Source of the DNA: an uncultured Thermoguttaceae bacterium
GTDB lineage: Bacteria; Planctomycetota; Planctomycetia; Pirellulales; Thermoguttaceae
Direction: 5' to 3'
DNA length: 64,000 nt
Assembly (NCBI GenBank): GCA_965195225.1
Contig: CBDAFL010000085.1
Coordinates: 82,120 to 146,119, forward strand
Shown: positions 36,151 to 45,533 of the stretch, in pieces
How positions within the stretch are numbered: the first letter of the stretch is position 1
Layout: each line of letters starts with the position of its first letter
The notes under the pieces: model-generated
The model's input: the letters and a program-made list of their open reading frames with translations, nothing else
What the model was told of the DNA's origin: nothing
The model's database searches: none
Translations under genes and position numbers: made by a program

Positions 36151-37479
36151 ATGTCTGAAACACCGCTGCCCGCCGACAACTCGCAGGCCGCCGATAAGGT
36201 GCGATCCTTCCCGCGGACGCCCGGCGTGTATCTAATGAAAGACGGCGCCGGGCGGGTGATCTACGTGGGCAAGGCGAACAACCTTCGCGCCCGGGTCGGC
36301 AGCTACTTTCTGAAGGCCGCCGCGGAAGACCCGCGAACCGCCAATCTCGTGCCGGAAATCCGCGACATCGACTACATCGAGGCCGAGAGCGAAATCGACG
36401 CCCTGCTCCTCGAGGCACGGCTGATTAAGGACATCCTGCCCAAGTACAACCGCGACCTGCGCGACGCAAAGACATTTCCCTACCTGGAGATTTTTACGCA
36501 CGAGGACTTTCCCCGCGTGCGGTTCACCCGCGAGCCGCATCGGCAGGGAACCAAACTCTACGGGCCGTTCGCCAGTCCGCGAGGGCTACGCGGGGCGATC
36601 CAGGTGTTGCAGAAGATTTTCAAGTTCCGCACCTGCGACCTGGACATCGACGAGGCGGACCGGCGCTGGCGTTGGTTTCGCCCCTGTCTGCTGCACTCGA
36701 TCGAACAATGCACCGCGCCGTGCAATCTGCGCATCTCGAAGGAGGAGTATCGCCGAGCGATCCGCCGCCTGCAACGGATTCTCGACGGCGGCAAGAAGAC
36801 GCTGTTGGCCGAGATGCGGGGCGACATGGAGACGGCCGCCGGGGAGCGTCGGTTTGAGGAGGCGGCCCGGCTCCGCGACGAGATCGAAATGCTCGAATCG
36901 CTCGACCAGCGCGGCAAGCTGGAGACGCACGTGCAGCCGGAGGTTTTTCCGATCGACCCGAAGCGCGGGCTGGCCGGGCTGCGAAAGGTGTTGCGCCTGG
37001 AGCGTCGGCCGCGGGTGATCGAGGGGATCGACATTGCCCACACCGCCGGCACGGACACCGTGGCCTCGGTGGTGCAGTTCATCGACGGGCTACCCTTTCG
37101 GCCGGGCTATCGGCGGATGCGGATTCGCGGCGTCACGGGCCCCGACGACACGGCCGGCATCCACGAGGCCGTCACGCGGCGGTTTCGCCACATCCGCGAC
37201 GAAGACGAGACGTCGCCCGACATCTTGTTGATCGACGGCGGCCGCGGGCAGCTCAACGCGGCGCTGGCCGCGCTTTCTTCGTTGGACTTGAACTCGCAGC
37301 GGGTCATTTCGCTAGCGAAGCGCGAGGAACTTGTTTTCACTCCCGACGCCGACGAACCGCTGCGTCTGAGCCGTCACAGTTTCGCGTTGCGGCTGCTCCA
37401 GTACATCCGCGACGAAGCCCACCGTTTCGCACAGCACTATCACCATCTGCTGCGGAAGAAGTCGCAGATGGGAGAGTAA
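36151..37479 (+). CDS. uvrC: Excinuclease ABC subunit C (short form)
   Basis: GIY-YIG (PGVYLMKDGAGRVIYVGKANNLRARV), UVR domain (RFEEAARLRDEIEMLE) and RNase H-like endonuclease domain (IEGIDIAHTAG). At 442 aa it is shorter than the roughly 600-aa canonical UvrC. Confidence 0.85.
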   Translation: MSETPLPADNSQAADKVRSFPRTPGVYLMKDGAGRVIYVGKANNLRARVGSYFLKAAAEDPRTANLVPEIRDIDYIEAESEIDALLLEARLIKDILPKYNRDLRDAKTFPYLEIFTHEDFPRVRFTREPHRQGTKLYGPFASPRGLRGAIQVLQKIFKFRTCDLDIDEADRRWRWFRPCLLHSIEQCTAPCNLRISKEEYRRAIRRLQRILDGGKKTLLAEMRGDMETAAGERRFEEAARLRDEIEMLESLDQRGKLETHVQPEVFPIDPKRGLAGLRKVLRLERRPRVIEGIDIAHTAGTDTVASVVQFIDGLPFRPGYRRMRIRGVTGPDDTAGIHEAVTRRFRHIRDEDETSPDILLIDGGRGQLNAALAALSSLDLNSQRVISLAKREELVFTPDADEPLRLSRHSFALRLLQYIRDEAHRFAQHYHHLLRKKSQMGE

Positions 37480-37503
37480 TCAGTCGCAATTTAATGCCAG
37501 TGG

Positions 37504-37959
37504 CTATTGCGTTTCTGTTGTTGCAGGCTTCATCCGCGAGAAACCCCGTTGAGTTACTCGTGCAAACACCAAGCAAATGATCGCGTAGAAGCCGAGAAGC
37601 ACAACCGCGCCGACCACTGGATTAACATTGTGCTGCTGGTAGAAAAGAGAGGTTGCGTTTATGCCGAAGCCGACAACGGCTAATACGACAAACGTAATGA
37701 TGGAGGGTTTGATACAAGCCGTGGGGTTGTCGATGCAGGAGGTTTTACGAATGTACGACAGCGAATAAAATACGCCGCCGATGTAGCCGAGTGCCTGGAG
37801 GCCGAGGAGGATCAGAAATGCAACCAGCGGAGACGACCGAACCTGCTCGGTCAAAGCATAGCCGATCATGCCTGCAAGGGTCGGCATGGCGAAACCCGTG
37901 GTAATTACGTGGGTTGAGACTACCCAAAACAGCGAGCGTTGCTTCTTCTGGACCATCAC
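37504..37959 (-). CDS. Hypothetical 4-TM membrane protein (lower-GC patch)
   Basis: ORF with four hydrophobic segments and no recognisable motif. Confidence 0.5.
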   Translation of the reverse strand: MMVQKKQRSLFWVVSTHVITTGFAMPTLAGMIGYALTEQVRSSPLVAFLILLGLQALGYIGGVFYSLSYIRKTSCIDNPTACIKPSIITFVVLAVVGFGINATSLFYQQHNVNPVVGAVVLLGFYAIICLVFARVTQRGFSRMKPATTETQ

Positions 37960-38112
37960 TTGGCTCCCGTTGACACAGCCCCTCTCTCCTCTTAACCTGT
38001 TGTTCAGTGGTATAGTATATTGGCATGCGGACTACCATTCAAGAAGATACTTTGGGCCATTTCCTCGCTTTTACGTATTCCTAATTGGCGGTGGGAAGTT
38101 GGAGCAAATTCA

Positions 38113-38703
38113 ATGCATCGCGTTTCTTTGGGGGAAGTTTCCTGGGAACGAATGGAGCGAGCCGTGGAGAAGGTCCGCGAGCGATTGATGCGGGCGGCTT
38201 CGGCGTTGGAGCAGGCAGGCGTGCCTTATGCAGTGCTGGGCGGCAACGCGGTGGCGGCGTGGGTATCCCGCGTGGATGAAGCGGCGGTGCGCAACACGCG
38301 AGACGTGGATATTCTGATTCGGCGAGCGGACTTGCCCGCCGCCGTTGAAGCTATGTCAAAAGCGGGTTTTATCCATCGCCACTCGTCGGGGATCGACATG
38401 TTTCTCGATGGTCCGGAGTCCAAGGCCCGCGACGCCGTGCATCTGGTTTTTGCCGGGGAAAAGATTCGGCCGGAATACGTGCTACCCGCCCCCGATGTCG
38501 AGGAATGTGAATTGTCCGCGTCGTTTCGGCTCCTCTCGCTGGAATCGCTGGTGCGGATGAAGTTGACGTCGTTCCGCCGGAAAGACCAAATGCATCTGCT
38601 TGACCTCATTGATGTCGGTTTGATCGACGCCGCATGGCGAGAGCGTTTTCCGCCGGAATTGGCCGCCCGCCTCCAAGAGCTTTTGGATAATCCGGAAGGG
38701 TGA
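38113..38703 (+). CDS. Nucleotidyltransferase-fold protein (MNT/AbiEii-like)
   Basis: LGGNAVAAWVSRVDEAAVRNTRDVDILI fits the hG[GS]-x(n)-D-h-D NTase motif. The C-terminal LVRMKLTSFRRKDQMHLLDLI pattern is common in this family. Start at ATG 38113 (MHRVSL). Confidence 0.6.
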   Translation: MHRVSLGEVSWERMERAVEKVRERLMRAASALEQAGVPYAVLGGNAVAAWVSRVDEAAVRNTRDVDILIRRADLPAAVEAMSKAGFIHRHSSGIDMFLDGPESKARDAVHLVFAGEKIRPEYVLPAPDVEECELSASFRLLSLESLVRMKLTSFRRKDQMHLLDLIDVGLIDAAWRERFPPELAARLQELLDNPEG

Positions 38704-38718
38704 AGAGCTTGGAGCGGT

Positions 38719-38781
38719 GGGTGGCACTGGCGTCTCGCCAGTGTTCTTGCCGCCAGCACTGGCGAGACGCCAGTGCCACCC
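38719..38781. repeat. Perfect 25-bp-arm palindrome (GGGTGGCACTGGCGTCTCGCCAGTG ... CACTGGCGAGACGCCAGTGCCACCC)
   Basis: Arms at 38719-38743 and 38757-38781 with a 13-nt loop. Each arm is itself palindromic (CACTGGCG/CGCCAGTG). It lies between convergent genes. Confidence 0.85.
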
Positions 38782-38834
38782 AACTGACAAGATCGACTGC
38801 AATGAGGTACTCCATTCGGGAACGGATTTGGAAA

Positions 38835-39494
38835 TCAGTTCTGCAATCCGGCAAACGGGTTGTTCCGCTTCTCTTCGCCGACGGTGGTTTCGGGGCCGTG
38901 GCCGGGCAGAAGGATCGTGTCGTCCGGAAGGGCGAAGAGCTTCGAGCGTATGCCGGAGATCAGTTGGTTGTGGTCGCCATCAGGGAAATCGGTTCGCCCA
39001 ACGCTGCCGGCGAAGATCGTGTCGCCGACGAACACTACCGCCGGCTCACGGCCTTTCCAAAGAAAGACCACGTGGCCGATCGAGTGGCCGGGTATGGCTT
39101 GCACCTGAAACTCGACCCCAGCCGTTTCGTAGACGTCGCCATCGCCGACCGTCGCGTCTGCCGGGGGGCTGATCATCGGAATGCCGAATCCCGCCGATAG
39201 ATTCATTTTGGGATCGGTTAATTTTTCCGCGTCGTCCGCGCCGATGACCACCGGGCAGTCGGGCCAGCGTTTCTTCAGCGCGGCGTTGCCGCCGATGTGG
39301 TCGCCGTGGCCGTGGGTGTTGAGGATCGCCACCGGCGTCAAGCCGTGTTGTTCCAGGTGGTCGATGATCTTTTCCGGTTCCAGGCCGGGATCGATTACCG
39401 CGCAGTCGGCACGGTCCCGGCGCCAGGCGATATAGGTGTTTTGCTCGAACGGGAGACAAAGAATAGTGTCAAGCTGAAAATCGGTCGACTTCAC
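38835..39494 (-). CDS. MBL-fold metallo-hydrolase (glyoxalase II-like)
   Basis: HGHGDHIGG (HxHxDH zinc motif), a later GHSIGH and VGRTDFPDGD. GTG 39494 lies 9 nt after GAGGAG and is preferred over the longer ORF. Confidence 0.8.
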   Translation of the reverse strand: MKSTDFQLDTILCLPFEQNTYIAWRRDRADCAVIDPGLEPEKIIDHLEQHGLTPVAILNTHGHGDHIGGNAALKKRWPDCPVVIGADDAEKLTDPKMNLSAGFGIPMISPPADATVGDGDVYETAGVEFQVQAIPGHSIGHVVFLWKGREPAVVFVGDTIFAGSVGRTDFPDGDHNQLISGIRSKLFALPDDTILLPGHGPETTVGEEKRNNPFAGLQN

Positions 39495-39973
39495 GAGATT
39501 GGACTCCTCAGAGGGCAAAAAATTAGGTAGAATATAGCGGTTACTGTTGGAGATTACACAGAGGGGTATTTCAACGATTGGGCAAAGGGGCATTGCGAAA
39601 CTAAACATTGTAATTCCGACTAGAGGAATTTGCGATAAGGTCGAAGAGGGTTGGCGTTGGCAACGGGGGGTTTTGCAGATATTTTGTCGAATTAGCCCGT
39701 TATTGCTGCCGCATATCGCCCAAACTAACATTGAGTATTTGGGGCAAGGCAGGTTAGCGTACGCTTTGCTGCCGCCGTTTAGGATCGGATTTCAAGGAAG
39801 TAGATACCGGTATCGCCCGAACCGCCGTCCACGGCCTGCGATGTCGGCAGCATGGCGATGCCCCACAAGGAGGAACATTGATGACCGCTAGGATTATTTT
39901 ACGTTGCACGGGAAGTAATGCAGCATTCTTTTCGGATGGAAAAGAAAGTTGCAATTCAAGCCGTTCACTGTAT

Positions 39974-40957
39974 ATGTTGCGGTGTTGGCTACCGATCTTG
40001 CTGTGCTGTGCCGCGATTGCGTTTCTGACCGGGACGGAGTCGGTGCTTGCCGCCGGCCCCGAAGGGCCGATGCAACGTCAACCAGCGTCGGGAGTAATGC
40101 CTGCGACCGTTCCGATTGCATCGACGACGGCCCAGCCCACGCCGTCGTTGCCTGTTTCCGCGCAGCCACCGGCGCGTCGTCCCGCCTACCATTTGGCCGA
40201 GCGTTCGGAAGCGGCTCAAGCGGCCTCGGCGGCGCCCAAGCTGGCCCCCGGCCATCCCAACGAACACCCGATGATGCCCGCCCTGCGCTGGGCCTACTCC
40301 GGCCTGGGCAACATAGAGAAGGTTCAGGATTACTCGGCCACCCTGGCCAAGCGGGAGCGGATCGGCGGCAAGCTGCTCGATTACGAGTACATGTTTGTCA
40401 AACTCCGGCAGAAACCGTTCAGCGTTTACATGTATTTTCTTGCCCCGGCCGAGATCAAGGGCCAGGAGGTGCTTTTCGTCGATGGTAAGAACGACGGCAA
40501 CATGTGGGCGCATACGGTCGGTATCAAAAACACCATGTTCGGCACCGTCTCGATAAGGCCCGACGGACCGATCGCCATGCGGAACCAGCGTTATCCGCTG
40601 ACGGAGTTGGGTATCCTCAACCTTACGCGCCGGTTGGTGGAAGTCGGCGAAAAGGATATTAAGTACGGCGAGTGCGACGTGAAGTTTTACGAGGGTGCGA
40701 AGATCAACGGCCGCGTTTGCACCTGCATTGAAGTGGTCCACCCGGTGCCTCGCCGCAACTTCCTCTTCCACTTGGCGCGGATTTTCGTCGACAAGGAATT
40801 TAACTTGCCGATCCGCTACGAATCCTACGATTGGCCGAAAGAACAGGGCGGAGCGCCCGAGTTAATCGAGGAGTACACCTACCTCGATCTGAAGCTGAAC
40901 AACGGATTCACCGACACCGATTTCGACATTAAGAATCCGAACTACAAGTTCCGTTGA
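39974..40957 (+). CDS. Exported hypothetical protein (possibly DUF1571/LolA-like)
   Basis: Signal peptide MLRCWLPILLCCAAIAFLTGTESVLAAG, a Pro/Ala-rich linker and a conserved-looking C-terminal domain. The family name is from memory only. Confidence 0.5.
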   Translation: MLRCWLPILLCCAAIAFLTGTESVLAAGPEGPMQRQPASGVMPATVPIASTTAQPTPSLPVSAQPPARRPAYHLAERSEAAQAASAAPKLAPGHPNEHPMMPALRWAYSGLGNIEKVQDYSATLAKRERIGGKLLDYEYMFVKLRQKPFSVYMYFLAPAEIKGQEVLFVDGKNDGNMWAHTVGIKNTMFGTVSIRPDGPIAMRNQRYPLTELGILNLTRRLVEVGEKDIKYGECDVKFYEGAKINGRVCTCIEVVHPVPRRNFLFHLARIFVDKEFNLPIRYESYDWPKEQGGAPELIEEYTYLDLKLNNGFTDTDFDIKNPNYKFR

Positions 40958-41067
40958 GGCGATACAACGCCCAATATCCTCCACCGACCTCGTCCCGCGC
41001 CAGCCGCGAGGCGAGGTCGTGGCGTATAATTGTTCAACGCAATGTTGCGACGTTGATTGGTGACCGT

Positions 41068-41272
41068 GTAACCGTTCATAGGGGACTGTCCCAATTTTTG
41101 CGGCGTGAGGGACGTTGCCAGGCGAATTGACTTGACCGCCGCTAAAATGGGACTGTCCTCCTGGCGCCGCGGGAAGGGGGACAGGTCCATGTTTTCGGCC
41201 AACGGTTCGTCGGCAAAATGCGTTTTTTCGCCGAAAAATGAACCAGTCCCCAGCCAGCCCGAGAACGGTTAC
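41068..41272 (-). mobile_element. MITE-like repeat, copy B (inverted relative to copy A)
   Basis: Aligns with the reverse complement of 31246-31449. Same terminal inverted repeats (GTAACCGTTCAT...GAGAACGGTTAC). Confidence 0.75.
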
Positions 41273-41346
41273 GGTAGAATGATGCAACATTGGCGGATCA
41301 TGAATTCCCCCAAAGGTCTTTCGCAAGCAATATAGGCTTCAGGCAC

Positions 41347-42552
41347 ATGCAAATTGATTTGAGCAAGGTTCCGCTGGAGCGATTAACGCAACTTGAGCAG
41401 CAGTATCGCGAGGCGTTGCTAGACGATGTGACGCCGTGGTGGGAGCGTCATTCGCTGGACCGAGAGTGCGGCGGATACTACTCCTGTCTGGAGCGAGACG
41501 GCCGCCCGTGGTCTACCGAGAAGTACATGTGGATGACCGGCCGGGAAATATGGATGTTCAGCCACTTGTACAATCATTGTCGGCAGAACCCGGATTGGTT
41601 GGACACGGCCCGCTTGGGCGCCGATTTTTTGTTGAAGCATGCCTTCCTTCCCGACGGAAAGATGCACTTTCGTCTCGGACGCGACGGCCGGCCAATGTCC
41701 AAAGTGTTGAGCATTTACACGGAGGTTTTTGGCGCAATCGCACTGGCCGAATTGAGTCGCGCGGCCGAGGACGAGGAGCTTTGGGCCAAGGCAATGGCGA
41801 TGTACGATTTTTTGATCCCGCGGTTCGGTCGGCCGTCCGACACGGCATTGCTCGGCTATCCGATCAACGCCGAGTTTCACTTGCACGCTCACGACATGTG
41901 CCGCATGACGGTGGCTTGGGTATTCAACGAGATTCGGCCCGACAAACGGTTCGACGACGATCTTAGGTTATCGGTGGAGTCGATCATCGGCAGGCACTGG
42001 AAGCCGGAGCACAATGCGCTGCTGGAAAATGTCGCCATGAACGGCGATCCGTTGCTGGATCTGCCGGAGGGGCGATTGTTTCTTCCCGGTCATGCGATCG
42101 AGAGCGCATGGATGGTGATGGAAGTCGCCCGCAAACATGACAATCAAGAAGTGACGCAAACCGCCATCGACATCGTACTGGCGTCGCTGGAACACGGCTG
42201 GGATCAACAGTACGGCGGGCTAAAGTACATCACCAACATCGACTGGACTCCAACGCACGAGTTGGGAGCCAATCTGAAACTATGGTGGCCGCACTGCGAA
42301 ACCCTTTACGCTTTGCTGTTGGGTTGGTCGTTGACGGGCCGGGAAGACCTCTGGCGGTGGTACGAGAAAGTACACGAGTATGTATTCGACCACTTTCCCG
42401 ACCCCGAGTTCGGCGAATGGTTCGGGTATCTCGATCGCGACGGGAAACCGGTTTGGACCGCCAAGGCCAATGGCTGGAAAGGATTTTTCCACCTCCCGCG
42501 GGTACTGCTGCGATGCCACACTCTGCTGACTGAATTGGCGAAAGGCGAATAG
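41347..42552 (+). CDS. N-acylglucosamine 2-epimerase (AGE) family protein
   Basis: WWERHSLDRECGGYYSCLERDG, the alpha/alpha-barrel repeat pattern and C-terminal GWKGFFHLPR are typical of the AGE/cellobiose-epimerase superfamily. Start at MQIDLSK (41347). Confidence 0.75.
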   Translation: MQIDLSKVPLERLTQLEQQYREALLDDVTPWWERHSLDRECGGYYSCLERDGRPWSTEKYMWMTGREIWMFSHLYNHCRQNPDWLDTARLGADFLLKHAFLPDGKMHFRLGRDGRPMSKVLSIYTEVFGAIALAELSRAAEDEELWAKAMAMYDFLIPRFGRPSDTALLGYPINAEFHLHAHDMCRMTVAWVFNEIRPDKRFDDDLRLSVESIIGRHWKPEHNALLENVAMNGDPLLDLPEGRLFLPGHAIESAWMVMEVARKHDNQEVTQTAIDIVLASLEHGWDQQYGGLKYITNIDWTPTHELGANLKLWWPHCETLYALLLGWSLTGREDLWRWYEKVHEYVFDHFPDPEFGEWFGYLDRDGKPVWTAKANGWKGFFHLPRVLLRCHTLLTELAKGE

Positions 42553-42684
42553 TACAGCGTTGCCGTTGGTATTGGCGGCAAATCGTATAGCGGCATGTCG
42601 GCTTTGCATGCCCGTTGGTAGCCGATATACTAAACGCACGATTTTGACTGTAACGGCGAAAAAGTGCAACAACGGGACTGAACC

Positions 42685-44121
42685 ATGCGATCCGACGCAC
42701 CCCGGGGAGACGGGGCATCCGCCGAGAATACTGCGGGGCCAACTCGCGGCAAGGCCCTCTATCTAGCCGGAATATGCCTGACGGCGTCGCTGGGCGGTTT
42801 GCTGTTCGGTTTTGACACGGCCGTGATTTCCGGCACGGTGGGGTTCGTGGAAAAACAGTTTTTGTTGGGGAAACTCGCCGTTGGATGGTTCGTCAGTTCC
42901 GCACTGCTGGGGTGCATTTTGGGCGCTGTCGTCGCCGGGTTCTTAAGCGATCGTTTCGGTCGCAAGCCCATCCTGATTTTTTCCGCTTTGTGTTTTTTCG
43001 TCTCCGCGCTGTTTTCCACCATGCCTCCAAACTTTCAGGCGTTGGTTTGGGCACGGCTCGTCGGCGGGTTCGGCGTGGGTATGGCCTCCGTGTTGGCGCC
43101 GATGTTCATCTCCGAGTTCTCCCCTCCCCATTTGCGCGGGCGACTGGTGGCGCTGTATCAATTATCGATTGTCGTCGGCATACTCGCCGCCTATTTTTCC
43201 AATTGGCTGTTGCTTACCAACGCCCAAGCGCATCCGATGGCCTTTGGTGGAGAGGGCTGGTTGCACTGGATCATGGTGGCCGAGGTATGGCGGGGGATGT
43301 TCGCCGCCGAGATGATTCCCGCAACAGCGTTCGTGTTCCTTTTGCTCTTTGTGCCGGAAAGCCCTCGATGGCTTGTGAAAGCGGGACAAGATGATCGGGC
43401 AATGAAAATTCTCGCTCAAATCGGAAGCCACGAGGTGGCCTGCCGCGAATTGGCCGACATTCAAGCAGCGCTCTCTCATGAAAAAGGATCGCTCAGAGAA
43501 CTGTTTCAGCCGGGGCTAAGGGTCGCCATGATCGTCGCCTTGGGACTATCGGTGTTCGGGCAGCTTAGCGGCGTGAACATCGTGGTGTATTACGGACCGG
43601 CAATACTCAAGTCCGCCAATATGCCAATCCAACATGCCTTCCAGTGGCAGGTGGCCTTGGGAATCATAAATTTTATCTTTACTCTGGTAGCTATCATGGC
43701 GATCGATAGCTGGGGACGCAGGCCGCTGCTGATCTGGGGCATGGCGGCGGTAACGCTCCTGATGGGAACGACCGCCCTCTTGCTTCTGTTCCACGCACAC
43801 GCGCTGTGGATCGTGCTGCTGCTGTGCCTCTACATGGCCTGCGAAGCCGCGTCAATCTGTGCGGTGATTTGGGTAATTACGGCGGAAATATTTCCCAATC
43901 GCATCCGCGGCCGGGCAATGTCCATCGCCACGTTTTTCAACTGGGGAACCAATATGCTGAGCGCGCTCATATTTCCCAAGTTTGTGGACAATTACGGGCT
44001 TCATGCCGGATTCTTCGCCTGCGCGGCGATTTGCCTGGTGGCCACTATGTTCTTTTGGGCCTTGGTCCCGGAAACGAAAGGCAAGAGCTTGGAGGAAATC
44101 GAAAGACATTGGATTGCTTGA
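42685..44121 (+). CDS. MFS sugar porter family transporter
   Basis: GGLLFGFDTAVISG, GRKP loop, PESPRWL and PETKG signatures. 12 hydrophobic segments. Confidence 0.85.
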   Translation: MRSDAPRGDGASAENTAGPTRGKALYLAGICLTASLGGLLFGFDTAVISGTVGFVEKQFLLGKLAVGWFVSSALLGCILGAVVAGFLSDRFGRKPILIFSALCFFVSALFSTMPPNFQALVWARLVGGFGVGMASVLAPMFISEFSPPHLRGRLVALYQLSIVVGILAAYFSNWLLLTNAQAHPMAFGGEGWLHWIMVAEVWRGMFAAEMIPATAFVFLLLFVPESPRWLVKAGQDDRAMKILAQIGSHEVACRELADIQAALSHEKGSLRELFQPGLRVAMIVALGLSVFGQLSGVNIVVYYGPAILKSANMPIQHAFQWQVALGIINFIFTLVAIMAIDSWGRRPLLIWGMAAVTLLMGTTALLLLFHAHALWIVLLLCLYMACEAASICAVIWVITAEIFPNRIRGRAMSIATFFNWGTNMLSALIFPKFVDNYGLHAGFFACAAICLVATMFFWALVPETKGKSLEEIERHWIA

Positions 44122-44282
44122 CGCTCGCCTCCGCGCGACGCGGGGAAGTAAGTCGCCGTGAAGAAATTACTTGTTGACTGGGGTTTTTCAGATTTCGGAT
44201 TAAACGCCCTTTCTCCATCCGAGAGAGGGAACCAATTTGCAAAACGCCGGAATCAAAAAAACTTTTCTGGAGACACGTTATC

Positions 44283-45374
44283 GTGGATGCGTTGAACTAC
44301 AAACCTAATTGGGCCGACGTGCTGGAAAGGCTGCGGTGTTTGTACGATCGCCGGGGATGCGATCGCATCTTTGCCACCATGTCGATTTCCAGCCCGGCAC
44401 TGGCCGATTTCCGCAGGCAATACCCTAACGTGGAGTGTGAGTACCCCGACCCGACGGAACGGGCGGCTTTTTGGGACCGGCTGCTCGGCGAGCGGACGGG
44501 AATCGAGGACGATGCGCTACCCAGCGCCTATCTGAGCGAGTTTGACCAAGGACTTTACGGCGGGTTGCTCGGCGGCGAAGTTCGTTTCATGGCCCACCCG
44601 GACGTCGGCTGGATATCGTCGATGGTTCCGCCGCTGTTGAAAGACTGGTCGGAATTCGACCGGCTGAGCTTCGACGAGTCTCATCCTTGGTGGCAGCGGT
44701 ATCTTCGGCAACTCGACGTTTACGTCGAGTGCGGCCGGAATAAGTGGGGTATCAGCCACTTCATCCTCATCGACGGGCTAAACTTTGTCTTTGAGTTGCT
44801 GGGCGCCACCGAAACGTATCTTAGTGTCGAGCAGTGCCCGGAAAACGTCCTTCGGGCAATCGACTTCGCTTATGACCTGAACGCGAGGGTTCACCGCAAG
44901 TTTTTCCAGGCCGTGCCAATGTTGGAAGGCGGAACGTTCAGCAACTTCGGCCAATGGATACCGGGCCGTGTTGTTTCCGAGAGCCTGGACCCATACCACA
45001 TGACCTCGGTGGCTTATTTTGAACGTTGGGGACGCGAGCCGGTAGAGCGAATCCTCGACGCCTTTGACGGTGGAGTGATCCACATTCACGGCAACGGTCG
45101 GCACCTGCTTCAAGCGGCCTCGACCATCAGAGGCCTCAAGGCGATTCTGTTGCTCGACGACAAGGGATTCCCCATGGCGTTTGACGTCCTGAGGGAGTTG
45201 CAAGCCCACGTGGGCGACGTGCCGGTGGCCGTGTTTGCCGAATATCAGGAATTCGTCGACCGTCTGGAACGGCACGACCTGCCCGGCGGCGTGATGTACC
45301 AGGTAAAAAACGTTCCCGACGTCGATACGGCCAACCGGTGCATGGAAAAAGTCCGCGACTATCGGACTTATTGA
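44283..45374 (+). CDS. Hypothetical enzyme (possibly uroporphyrinogen-decarboxylase-like TIM barrel) in the sugar operon
   Basis: Clean 363-aa ORF with a GTG start, co-oriented with the epimerase and transporter. No motif I can name with confidence. Confidence 0.5.
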   Translation: MDALNYKPNWADVLERLRCLYDRRGCDRIFATMSISSPALADFRRQYPNVECEYPDPTERAAFWDRLLGERTGIEDDALPSAYLSEFDQGLYGGLLGGEVRFMAHPDVGWISSMVPPLLKDWSEFDRLSFDESHPWWQRYLRQLDVYVECGRNKWGISHFILIDGLNFVFELLGATETYLSVEQCPENVLRAIDFAYDLNARVHRKFFQAVPMLEGGTFSNFGQWIPGRVVSESLDPYHMTSVAYFERWGREPVERILDAFDGGVIHIHGNGRHLLQAASTIRGLKAILLLDDKGFPMAFDVLRELQAHVGDVPVAVFAEYQEFVDRLERHDLPGGVMYQVKNVPDVDTANRCMEKVRDYRTY

Positions 45375-45473
45375 GGATCGGATAAACAGTGCAATTCCGT
45401 TTTACCGCCGAGTTTGCTTGCCGCGTGGGAGTTGGCCGACGAAGATACCACGACCTTGCCGGCCGGCTTGCCC

Positions 45474-45503
45474 TTGACAGCCCGAAATATTACGTTTTAT
45501 TGT
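45474..45503 (+). promoter_or_regulatory. Candidate sigma70 promoter for the hydrolase gene
   Basis: TTGACA (45474-45479), 18 nt, TATTGT (45498-45503), about 30 nt upstream of ATG 45534. Confidence 0.35.
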
Positions 45504-45533
45504 AGCAATCAGTAACGTCACATAGGCACGCAC

